58,882 bases of DNA from a bacterium (GCA_900299305.1 OMJJ01000119.1:1-58882), one strand, 5' to 3'; positions 18,368 to 27,307 are shown, counted from the first letter of the stretch. Translations and numbers: made by a program. The notes: generated from the letters alone by a model not told the origin.

Positions 18368-21300
18368 TTATCGGGTGAGCTGGGTCGCTCTTATTTGGTG
18401 TGAACTGCACTCTACGTTATTACAAGGGGCTTTGAAGAGAGGGCGCACTCTGCCTTGTACCGCATTACAGGTTTTGCAACGCCATGTCTCTCTCTCGCTG
18501 TCCCACCTTGCCCAGATGTGCATGGCGGTAATGTCTTCGGCATTTAGGTCGGTGTAATGCCCCAAAAGCCACTCGCTAAACCGTTCTATCGCATCCTCAA
18601 AAACGAGCCCTCCCAAATCTAGGTCATCATAGTAGCCTGTGGACTGCCCCGAGTTGATAAGCTCTTGCAGTGCCTTCGAGTGTCCGATGATGGTTTTCTT
18701 TACGTAAGCGTCGTTGTAGTTTCGGGTTGCGTCACCTATCTCATTCAGGCGTGTTTCGAGGTAAAGAATGGTGTGTTCGTGTTGTGCAAGCGCGAGTGCC
18801 GCTCGCTGAATATCACGATTGGGGTACGAAATTTGACGCGCCCCGTCGTTTCGGTTGATGGTGTACATTAGGGTATGTTGCGCCCCATCCCAAGAGATGT
18901 TGACGCCCTCTGTCCAGCCCTTTTTGGGGCGCGAAGCCAACGCTTCTGAGATGAGCAGGAGTGTTTTCGCCTTCTCTATCACGTTGGGAGGCAATATCAG
19001 CGTAATAGAGCGTTGGGTGAAAGGAGTGGTTTGGTTTTGCGCGTTGGGCGGGAACAGAATGCTACGCCGTCCCGCAATCTCATATCCGCTAATGACGTGA
19101 GAGGGAAATGCCCCCCGCACAAAGAGGTTGGCTACCACGCCGGGGTCATCATGTTCCGCAGGGCTGGCGCAAGGGTTTGCACTGAGAGTCTCTGCAAACT
19201 CTGCGGTAGCGATTTTCATTCCCTCCTGAAAGGTTTCGTACAGTTCTACATCGTTAGCACGGTGGGCAAGAGACTGCCACACAAACGTAGAGGTGGAGAA
19301 ACTGCTTAGGAGTTCGGCATATCCCGGAGTTCCGAGTTGTAGGCTGAGTAAAGGACGACCCTCTCGTGCAAGGTCGGCGCATATTTTGGAAAGGTTTTCG
19401 GGGTTTTCCAGCTCGCGCCCACGCTCTGTATGAGAGAGCATTCGCAAAACAGAGATGTTTACTGCTTGCTGACGACCTATGTTGTCTTCGTTGCGGAGTT
19501 GGGTTTCGATTTTACTTTTTAGAGGGTCGAACAGGCTAAAATCGACATCTCCATTGGCACGTCTTGGAAGCCCTGCACGGAAGTTTCCGTTGTTCATACG
19601 GTGTTGTAAATCGGCAAGGCTATGGAGGCTAATGTCGTTTTGCAGTTGGTCGAGTTGCCTTGATACCCATTCTGCGTCGAAGACGTTATCGGAAAAGAGG
19701 TCACGAATCAGTCTTTGGTCACTGGCATCGTTTCGGCTTGCCGCATAGTTCCACTGTTCTACGTAGTCGATAAAGTTAGCCACCTGACTATAGAGGCTCT
19801 CTTCGCCAGTTCTTAGGTCTCGTAGCACATCATCGTATATCTGTAGTCGGGCAGATACCAAGCATCGTTCATAGAGGTTGTTGGCGCGGTAGGCTTTTTC
19901 AAGTAGGTTGTCGTTGCTAATCGTGACCACCTCTTTAACCACTTTCGGCTTGGCTTTGTGGAAGGGAATCAGCGGGTCTACTGGAGGTTTCTCCTCTACC
20001 TCTTCCTCTTCTACTTCCACCTTTGTCGTCTTTTGCGGTACTCCAGTACCTGCGTTCTTGAGTACTTTCGCCATGAGTGCGTGGTCTGCGCTCATCTCTT
20101 TGTCGAGTGCGATTGCCAAACTGAGGGCATAGCGGGGTCCCTTACTTTGGTCGAAGACGAGCGGAAGTAGGTGGAGGCGTACTCTGTGTTTAACGACCCT
20201 CTGCCCACTTTTAGCGATAAGGTCTTCCTTGTTACGCTCTATGGTTCCTGCAATGTAGCCCGGCGTTTGCGGTGCTAGGTACTTTGTGGGTATGGGAGAG
20301 GGGAACTGGTTGGTGAGATCACTCTCTGTGGAGCTACGGGTTACGTTACGGAGTACCGCCTCTAGGCTCTCCGAGTCGGTTTGAATCAGCTCTTTATAGA
20401 GGGGGTCTTTGTTGGTAGCCCACTCCTTCTCTGCGGCGATGTCGGGAGGAAGTCGCAATCCCACAATATCGCGTAGTGTCTGTAGGTCGGCTTCAAAGAG
20501 TACCGTGAGATCTTCGTCCTCTTTCAGAAATCTTTGGTTAAGAGCAGGAGTGTCAATTTCGGAGGGTTTAAGCCAAAACTGTATCAGTTTTTGAATAATC
20601 TGGCGTTGGGCGATATTGATGCACAGCCCTATAGGAAACTGCCGTAGCCCAATACCGAAAGTGGTGTAGCGGTTGGGATAGCCGTGGTTATCAGCGGGGA
20701 GCGACGAGAAGTTCTGCTGCATATCGTGGATACGCGCCCCGAATGCATTGCGTCCTCCTTTGGAGGTAAGACGCATAAAGAGATAGTCGGAAATCTTTTT
20801 CTCTAGTATCGCCATTGCGTCACGGGCGTTTTCGGCGAGGTTGTTCTCTAGTTGGCGTGGAGATACGAGAGTTATCAGGTCATAAGGAGCCTGTTTTCCG
20901 ATGTCGGGGGGCAGGGACTCCTCTCCGTACTGGGCTTGAAAGATGTTCTCGGCTTTACAGAAGTGGTCGAGTTCTTGTACCAGTGCTACAGAGTTTCGCA
21001 TCTGCGAGGGCCAGTCGGTTAGCCCAACGGAGGCGATAGCGGCGATGCCTTCGGTTTCACAGATACCGGGGCTGATGTTAGAGCGCCGTATAGCGTTTGT
21101 GAGCAGATAGCCGAAGTCGATAAAGGTTCCGGAGCCGGTTCCTCCTCCTCCCGAAGCCACTACAAAGACGAGCATAGAACCCGCGTCGTTGCCGGTGGTA
21201 TCAGTGCGAAGGGCGAGAATATCTTTGAGGATACGAGAGCGCAGTTCGTGCAGGTTACTGGTAGCGAGTAGAGAGAGTCGCCCCATCATGCGTACCCCTT

Positions 21301-21625
21301 TTACACCACCCTCGAAGTTCTGAGCGGTGATGTTTTGGCGCAGAATGGGGTCAAACCAGTCTTTCATGCGTAGGGTGGCAGAGGTGGGCGAGTCGGGCTG
21401 TTGGAGGTCTACCATCTTTTGAATGGGAACTCGTAGCGGGTAGGCGTTATCTCGAAATTTTTCTAGTGCCTCGTTGTCGCGCATATCGGTATCTATAAAT
21501 AGGTAGCGCATATTGGGTGGGTCGGGGGTTCCATACGCCATCTGAAAACGTTTGCGGAGGTTATAGACGACCTCTTTACCGGTACCACCGAGTGCTATTA
21601 CTAATCCGGGGCGATTGAGATTCAT
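18368..21625 (-). CDS. Giant tubulin/FtsZ-superfamily GTPase-like protein (Tubulin_2/FtsZ-like type) with C-terminal zinc ribbon
   Basis: N-terminal VIALGGTGKEVV (T1-like loop) and an exact tubulin signature SGGGGTGSGTF at aa 158-168 (nt 21128-21151). Long helical remainder with an acidic KVEVEEEEVEEKPP linker, and C-terminal CKTC...CNNVEC. Confidence 0.75.
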   Translation of the reverse strand: MNLNRPGLVIALGGTGKEVVYNLRKRFQMAYGTPDPPNMRYLFIDTDMRDNEALEKFRDNAYPLRVPIQKMVDLQQPDSPTSATLRMKDWFDPILRQNITAQNFEGGVKGVRMMGRLSLLATSNLHELRSRILKDILALRTDTTGNDAGSMLVFVVASGGGGTGSGTFIDFGYLLTNAIRRSNISPGICETEGIAAIASVGLTDWPSQMRNSVALVQELDHFCKAENIFQAQYGEESLPPDIGKQAPYDLITLVSPRQLENNLAENARDAMAILEKKISDYLFMRLTSKGGRNAFGARIHDMQQNFSSLPADNHGYPNRYTTFGIGLRQFPIGLCINIAQRQIIQKLIQFWLKPSEIDTPALNQRFLKEDEDLTVLFEADLQTLRDIVGLRLPPDIAAEKEWATNKDPLYKELIQTDSESLEAVLRNVTRSSTESDLTNQFPSPIPTKYLAPQTPGYIAGTIERNKEDLIAKSGQRVVKHRVRLHLLPLVFDQSKGPRYALSLAIALDKEMSADHALMAKVLKNAGTGVPQKTTKVEVEEEEVEEKPPVDPLIPFHKAKPKVVKEVVTISNDNLLEKAYRANNLYERCLVSARLQIYDDVLRDLRTGEESLYSQVANFIDYVEQWNYAASRNDASDQRLIRDLFSDNVFDAEWVSRQLDQLQNDISLHSLADLQHRMNNGNFRAGLPRRANGDVDFSLFDPLKSKIETQLRNEDNIGRQQAVNISVLRMLSHTERGRELENPENLSKICADLAREGRPLLSLQLGTPGYAELLSSFSTSTFVWQSLAHRANDVELYETFQEGMKIATAEFAETLSANPCASPAEHDDPGVVANLFVRGAFPSHVISGYEIAGRRSILFPPNAQNQTTPFTQRSITLILPPNVIEKAKTLLLISEALASRPKKGWTEGVNISWDGAQHTLMYTINRNDGARQISYPNRDIQRAALALAQHEHTILYLETRLNEIGDATRNYNDAYVKKTIIGHSKALQELINSGQSTGYYDDLDLGGLVFEDAIERFSEWLLGHYTDLNAEDITAMHIWARWDSERETWRCKTCNAVQGRVRPLFKAPCNNVECSSHQIRATQLTR

Positions 21626-21658
21626 AATCGGGTTTCTCCTCTCTTTAATATCAAACGT

Positions 21659-21979
21659 TTAAGCGTCTAGGCGTGGGCATTTCAGCCAGAAGTAGGCAAG
21701 CAGTCCTCCAAAGAGGGCTACCAGTAGAAGCGTATTGAGTAGAGCCATCATATCCCCCGCCCAGAACGCAAGGTACTCTGTGTGTGGAGAGGAGACAAGA
21801 ATCATATAGAGCAGTAGCCCCCATAACCCTGCCGTCCATGCGTAGCGAATGGCATCGGAGGGAGAGAGTTTACACAGGCGCAAAAAGAGGGGATATAGTA
21901 GTAGATAGACCAGCAAAAATGTTGCCGCAAACTCGATGAAGAGCCAAAGCAACGCATTGGGATTTGTAACAAGTAGCAT
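21659..21979 (-). CDS. Small integral membrane protein (about 3 TM helices)
   Basis: 106 aa from ATG 21979, with an AAGGAG RBS 9 nt upstream. Hydrophobic throughout. The longer track ORF (to 22105) would overlap the vWA gene. Confidence 0.6.
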   Translation of the reverse strand: MLLVTNPNALLWLFIEFAATFLLVYLLLYPLFLRLCKLSPSDAIRYAWTAGLWGLLLYMILVSSPHTEYLAFWAGDMMALLNTLLLVALFGGLLAYFWLKCPRLDA

Positions 21980-22002
21980 CGTTTCTTTCTCCTTACTGAT
22001 AC

Positions 22003-23397
22003 TTACTGGCACACATTGTTTTGAGTGCGCGGAACTACCTGTTCCGTGCTGGGCTTGGGTTGATAGAACAGAGCAAAAAAGATAAAAACTCCCATGGCGG
22101 CCCAACAGGCAATCTGCCTGAATTTGAGGTTCGTGGCTGTGGCGGCAGTGCTTGCTCCGAGTGTGAAGTCGAGTTCTACTTCTATGCCGTTTCGGGGAAT
22201 GAGGTAGAGCCGTGTGAGTGCTTCATACGGAAGCGTAACAGGCTCGGTATGTTCTAGGTATCTGTTTTCGCTTAGGAGTTTTATGTCGGGGTGCACCTTT
22301 TCCAAGAGGCACTCGCCGGTAGTCCCTTCGCTCAGAGAGAGGGTGAGCAGGAGTTCTGGGATAAGTGTTTTGCCCTGTGCCCCTAGGGATAGGGGGAGGT
22401 AGATGTCGTATGGGTTGCTTGGTTTGGCACTAGACTCACACGCAAAGATTCGGATACTCTGATTTTCTGCCGTTAAGGTGCGTGGCAGCGCGTTTCGAGA
22501 GTCGGCGCGGAGCGTGACGCTGGTTTTCAATCGCTTGGTTCCTTGCCTAGACTGAACCGCGAAAAACCCCAACACTCCCGCAACTATAACAGCCAACACT
22601 TTCACAGGAGTTGCGGAAGGGGTAGTACTTACCTCGTAGGGAGTGTCGTTGGTGAGGAGTATCTGATTACGCACTTCGATAACGCTCTGTTTCCCTTTTG
22701 CCTCTGCCTCTATTGCCCACAGTATGAAATAGGTGAGCGACTTTTTGTCTTCTCCTATGCGATCTATACGGGTCTCTTTCATGCCGTTTTCGCTGGTAGT
22801 AAGGCTTTTTAGAGCTTCCCGATAGGCGTTTTCGTTGCCGTTGGTTCCAGCGGTTCCTTTTTTGTGGGTAATCAGCACTGCAACAACGCGGTGGTACTTG
22901 TCTTCTTTTTGGATACGGCTGGCTTGTACCATCAGTTGGTTCCGTGCCTCGTAGTAGCTGTCTTGCACCGCAGATTTGGGGGCGGTAAAGAGGGTATTCA
23001 GGCGACCCCCAAACATTTCGCGGTCATTAAACTCTTTGTTACTAATCTCACCGGGGGCAAGTTGTACCGCGGTATCGAAGTGGTAGAGGGTAAGCCTATC
23101 TTTAGCGGTAAGGAAGTTGCTTCCAATACGTATTAACGCCCACTGCACATCGTTAAGGGGAGTGCCGTGCATTCCTCTAGCGGTATCGACCATAAGGACG
23201 AGGTGGAGTGGATACTTGCAGGGGTTTACCTCTTTTGCAAAGGTTTTAGAAAGAAGTGCCTCGTACAGTTTGTACTGCTCTTGTGCGGAAGCATCAGCAC
23301 GGCAACGCAGGGGTACACCGCCCATCAGAAGGCAGAGCAACAGGGTACTCCAAAGAGGCGCGGGGTATGCGGTTTTCCGTAGAGAGCGTAGTAGCAT
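22003..23397 (-). CDS. vWA-domain membrane protein
   Basis: Signal peptide, then a vWA fold start HLVLMVDTARGMHGTPL (DxSxS degenerated to DTARG). A TM helix follows (VLAVIVAGVLGFFAV), then an about 150-aa domain and a C-terminal TM helix. Confidence 0.7.
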   Translation of the reverse strand: MLLRSLRKTAYPAPLWSTLLLCLLMGGVPLRCRADASAQEQYKLYEALLSKTFAKEVNPCKYPLHLVLMVDTARGMHGTPLNDVQWALIRIGSNFLTAKDRLTLYHFDTAVQLAPGEISNKEFNDREMFGGRLNTLFTAPKSAVQDSYYEARNQLMVQASRIQKEDKYHRVVAVLITHKKGTAGTNGNENAYREALKSLTTSENGMKETRIDRIGEDKKSLTYFILWAIEAEAKGKQSVIEVRNQILLTNDTPYEVSTTPSATPVKVLAVIVAGVLGFFAVQSRQGTKRLKTSVTLRADSRNALPRTLTAENQSIRIFACESSAKPSNPYDIYLPLSLGAQGKTLIPELLLTLSLSEGTTGECLLEKVHPDIKLLSENRYLEHTEPVTLPYEALTRLYLIPRNGIEVELDFTLGASTAATATNLKFRQIACWAAMGVFIFFALFYQPKPSTEQVVPRTQNNVCQ

Positions 23398-23410
23398 GGT
23401 TATATCTCTT

Positions 23411-24853
23411 TTACAAAGAGGGTAGGGCTTTGATTTGCATACCGCCGTTGTTCATAGTAAAGAACACAAGGCGGTTGGCGGTATAGAAGATGCGTATTTG
23501 TCTGTCGCTACCAGGAAAGATGTTGATGAACTGCATGGGTTTGAGCGGAGGTCTGCCCCATGCAAAATAGTGGCTATCTTGGTCTTGGGAGTGAAAAATA
23601 AGAAAGGGAGTACTCTGGCTATACGGAACCAGGAACATCTCGATATTCTCCGTAACGCCTGCATCCATGATATGTGTGTCTCTATAGGTTGCGTTCGCGG
23701 GTCTCTCTCTGCTTAGGCAGAGGAGAGTGAGGCTTTCGTCGAACGCATAGAAGTAGTCTTCTTCTATAAGCAGAGAGCGCAGATGGCGGTGTGGTGTCCA
23801 GTTTAGGCTGTGTTGTCTCTGCTGTGCGAAACTCCCTACCGGAAAGACGATAATCTGATACCTGCGCTGGTTGGAGTTATCTTGGGATTCGTAGTAGATA
23901 ACGGCTCCAAAATTTTTGCCTACGTGCCATGCTTGAATGTGGTGAAAGGGGGTACGGATGATTGGCAAAACATCAAGCACCGGAGAGGCATCTTCACCCG
24001 TTCTGATATGATAGAGCGCACCATTTTGTGCGAGCACATAGAACCCTGTTGCGTGTGGCAGAATACGGCGCGGCGGCAGGTTTTCATAGCTGACGTTGGT
24101 AAGAGGTTTTATGGTACGGGGGTGGGTATTGTTACGACAGAGGTCACTTATCGCATAGAGGCGTGCCTCTTGGGTCTGGTGTGTGCTACCTACTACTAGC
24201 AGATGCTCTTGGTTTAGGCAGGTAGTCAACTCCTGAAAATCCTCTACAGAGAACTCAAATAGGGGTGCGCCGCTTCCGGTATGAAACCCGCATATCTGGT
24301 TTTTATGGCGTACCACAAAGGCGTAGGTTCCCACTTCTAAGGAGGTAGGTACATAGGAGCCAATCATCGTGCTTGCTAGTTGCGGCAGTGTGGTGTGCAT
24401 TTGGGGGAGTGTTTGCAGGGTACTCATATCTATTACCTCAATACTCCCAGACATAGTAAGGCAGTAGAGGCGATTGTGGCGTAGTTGCGCTTCGCGCAGG
24501 AGGGGCATTCCTGCTAAGGGGTAGAGGGTTTCGCCGATGTCGGAGGGAGTAGGATACTCTGCATTTCTTTTTGCGTAGAGGGCATTTGCCGCTAACACAT
24601 CCCCACTTGCAGGTAGAAGGTCGTAGAGAACGCTCTCTGCACTCTTATCCGCACTGCAAGAGATGGGGGCTCCGTGTTCGTTGTAGCGGTAGAAGGTGCC
24701 ACAGGAGGCACAAAAAGGGGTCTGTTGGTAGGGTACCATAGCCTTACAGTCGGGTGCAAGGCAACGCGCCAAATGAGCCGTACCACAACGAGAGCAGTAG
24801 CGATAGTTACTGCTAATCTCTGGTAATATCTTTCCGCAGTGGCATATTGACAT
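23411..24853 (-). CDS. Double zinc-ribbon protein with C-terminal beta-propeller-like domain
   Basis: N-terminus CHCG...CSRCG...CLAPDC...CASCG. The remaining about 400 aa show repeated beta-strand blocks (LYCLTMSGSIEVID, YAFVVRHKNQICGF, FYVLAQNGALYHI) reminiscent of PQQ/BamB-like propellers. I prefer ATG 24853 over the TTG at 24913. Confidence 0.55.
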   Translation of the reverse strand: MSICHCGKILPEISSNYRYCSRCGTAHLARCLAPDCKAMVPYQQTPFCASCGTFYRYNEHGAPISCSADKSAESVLYDLLPASGDVLAANALYAKRNAEYPTPSDIGETLYPLAGMPLLREAQLRHNRLYCLTMSGSIEVIDMSTLQTLPQMHTTLPQLASTMIGSYVPTSLEVGTYAFVVRHKNQICGFHTGSGAPLFEFSVEDFQELTTCLNQEHLLVVGSTHQTQEARLYAISDLCRNNTHPRTIKPLTNVSYENLPPRRILPHATGFYVLAQNGALYHIRTGEDASPVLDVLPIIRTPFHHIQAWHVGKNFGAVIYYESQDNSNQRRYQIIVFPVGSFAQQRQHSLNWTPHRHLRSLLIEEDYFYAFDESLTLLCLSRERPANATYRDTHIMDAGVTENIEMFLVPYSQSTPFLIFHSQDQDSHYFAWGRPPLKPMQFINIFPGSDRQIRIFYTANRLVFFTMNNGGMQIKALPSL

Positions 24854-25089
24854 AAAATATCTCTCTGTTTCTGATAGAATCTTCCCTCGTATTTCGCAAA
24901 CCCAAATGCACAATACTCACTTCTATACCAGTGCATCATACAAAAACAAAAAGTGCGTACAGTTACTTCAATATAGTCAGTATGATTTCTTGTACTGGCA
25001 CAATGATACATAATACTCAAAATGTAGAAGAAGTGTCGACATATACTACCACAAACCTCGTAAAATTCCTATCCAATCCTCTAAAATTA

Positions 25090-25119
25090 TTGACAAGTAC
25101 TATGTTATTTATTTATAAT
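25090..25119 (+). promoter_or_regulatory. Sigma-70-like promoter for the 25262 gene
   Basis: TTGACA (25090-25095), 18-nt spacer, TATAAT (25114-25119), within an AT-rich divergent intergenic region. Confidence 0.45.
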
Positions 25120-25261
25120 AGAGAGGTGTGGAATAGATATGTTAGAGAGTTGTATTTAAATGTAGACAGTGTGATAGTCTTTTGAAGACTATTTTCAGAG
25201 GAGAACTCTGTTCACTTACCTCTATACTGTACAGTAATTTGTAAAACGGAAAGGTATTGCC

Positions 25262-27262
25262 ATGATATTTCTGCCCTTCTTTGTAGATGACCCTAGTGAT
25301 ACCATCAGAAACACCTACCCTCATACTCTGTTTGCCCTAGAGCATCGAGAGCGTTTTCGTAATGTGATATCCCGTATAGACAACGATTCCAGCCGGCTAG
25401 GAATGGTAAGCTATGCCTGGCCCGAACTCCGCACCACCTGCCAAAAGGTGTTTGCTTATAAGTGCGCTTTCTGTGAACGTGCTTTACACCAAGAAGAGGA
25501 GCAGACTCTTACCTACTGGCGGCCTTCTGGATATACTGCCAACCCCTCGACAGGGGTTGTTGAGGGAGGGCAGTATCCATGGCTACAGAATGAGGCACGC
25601 AATGTCTACTATGCTTGTGCCGCCTGTATCGCCGCCAAAGGACACTATTTTCCTATCTGGGGTACGAGACAGGTACCCGGGTCAGATTGGGAAAAGTGCC
25701 GTGACGAGAAGCCACGGCTACTTGCTCCTTATGAAGAGAATCCCAACGCCCACCTTATTTTTGAGAGCGATGGAACGGTAAATTCAAATACAAAAAAAGG
25801 AGTGGCTACCATCACTACCTTTGACCTGAATAGGGAGTCGCTAGTAATAGAACGCCAAAGTGCCTACCAGCAGGTGTATAACTGGCTTGACACCTATACC
25901 GAGAGTAGCCGCGATGCGGAGTTCCAGTTGCGTGGGCTACTGGATATTATGCAACCCTTTGCCATGTGCAAGCGGCAAGCCTTGCGGCAATATACCGAAG
26001 AGAGGCTAAAGCAGGACAAACTTACCCCCTTCCATGAACAGTGGCGAAATACCATTATTGAGCAGGATGAAGCGATACTAGCCGCTACACAAAAGATATA
26101 CCTTAGCCCCATTGTGCCAATGTCGGATTCGGATGTAGAGACCAAGATGTTAGGGGACACTACCCCCATTCTCAAAAAAGTGGTCATTACAAATTTTCGA
26201 GGAATTAAATCGCTTACCATTACCATGCCAGACGCAAAAACTCCTCGTAGTAGGACTTATCGTACCGAACTGGGGCGGCTCTCTGCTTCGTATAATGAAT
26301 CCTCTCCAGAGACGTGTGTACCCAGCATGGTGCTGCTAGGGGAAAATGGTGCCGGCAAGACCGATGTGCTACAAGCCATTGCGCTTGCACTTCTCTCAGA
26401 CCAGCATCGGAATCAGAGCTTGTTACATCTCCCTCCATACAACGAACTACTGCACAAAGGGGAATCGAAAGGCAAGATAGAGGTTGATATGAGTACGGGA
26501 ACCTTTCAGTTTGAGTTTACGGCAAGCGGTGGCACTCAAAAGTATATACCTCATAGAACAGGACACCCCACTCCCCCAGTAGTGGTATTGGGTTACGGAA
26601 CCTTCCGCGACATTTTACTCGAAAACAGAAGGGCGGAAGGGGAACCGTTTCCCATCTGTAATCTATTCGATAACCAAGATGCTCTGCTTAAAGTAAAGTG
26701 GAACCCCGATGAGATTGAAGAGGTACTCAAGATGGCGATGCGCCTTGTCCCCAATGCCGTCCTTCGTTTTACTGCAGCATTCGGAGCAGAGATACAGGAT
26801 ATTAGAGTGGAGCATTGCGACGATGGAGAGATACCCCCGCATCACCACTCCAACGGACATCGGACCGTCGTCTTTTTGGTATGCGATATCATTCATAAAC
26901 TACTCCACTTCGCAAAACAGTCATCCGCACTAAGCCTCTCAAAACAGATACGCTTCACAAAGGCAGTGATACTTATCGACGAACTAGAGTCACATCTCCA
27001 TGTAAGTTGGAAACGTGAGATTATGCCGCGGCTTCGGGAGGAGTTTCCCCAAGTGTCATTTATCGTAACGACCCAAGACCCATTTTTAACGCTCTCCATG
27101 AACAAGGACGAAGTACTACGTCTGTACCGACAAAAGAATGGAGAGATTGGACAAGAGCCTATCAACTGTGAGGAAATCCGTACTACTACCCTTGAGGAGA
27201 TAATGGACACGGATGCCTTTGGGACACCAGAAGGCTGGTATGATACCCTTATTACTGATTAG
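25262..27262 (+). CDS. Fusion protein: N-terminal HNH-like (TIGR02646/PtuB-like) domain plus C-terminal ABC/AAA_15-type ATPase (PtuA-like)
   Basis: N-terminus CAFCE...TYWRP...NVYYACAACIAAKG..FP...LLAPYEENPNAHLIFESDG follows the TIGR02646 HNH layout. C-terminus has Walker A LLGENGAGKTD, Walker B VILIDELESHLH and a FIVTTQDP switch. Confidence 0.65.
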   Translation: MIFLPFFVDDPSDTIRNTYPHTLFALEHRERFRNVISRIDNDSSRLGMVSYAWPELRTTCQKVFAYKCAFCERALHQEEEQTLTYWRPSGYTANPSTGVVEGGQYPWLQNEARNVYYACAACIAAKGHYFPIWGTRQVPGSDWEKCRDEKPRLLAPYEENPNAHLIFESDGTVNSNTKKGVATITTFDLNRESLVIERQSAYQQVYNWLDTYTESSRDAEFQLRGLLDIMQPFAMCKRQALRQYTEERLKQDKLTPFHEQWRNTIIEQDEAILAATQKIYLSPIVPMSDSDVETKMLGDTTPILKKVVITNFRGIKSLTITMPDAKTPRSRTYRTELGRLSASYNESSPETCVPSMVLLGENGAGKTDVLQAIALALLSDQHRNQSLLHLPPYNELLHKGESKGKIEVDMSTGTFQFEFTASGGTQKYIPHRTGHPTPPVVVLGYGTFRDILLENRRAEGEPFPICNLFDNQDALLKVKWNPDEIEEVLKMAMRLVPNAVLRFTAAFGAEIQDIRVEHCDDGEIPPHHHSNGHRTVVFLVCDIIHKLLHFAKQSSALSLSKQIRFTKAVILIDELESHLHVSWKREIMPRLREEFPQVSFIVTTQDPFLTLSMNKDEVLRLYRQKNGEIGQEPINCEEIRTTTLEEIMDTDAFGTPEGWYDTLITD

Positions 27263-27270
27263 GTACGGAA

Positions 27271-27307
27271 GGCAGGAGAGAAATTTCTCTCCTGCCATTC
27301 CATTTTT
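27271..27307 (+). terminator. Rho-independent terminator
   Basis: Perfect hairpin GGCAGGAGAGAA-AT-TTCTCTCCTGCC followed by ATTCCATTTTT, 9 nt after the stop codon. Confidence 0.8.

Noticed and set aside
21980-22105. Upstream extension of the small membrane protein ORF.
   Set aside because: It would overlap the vWA gene by about 100 nt. The internal ATG 21979 has a strong AAGGAG RBS.
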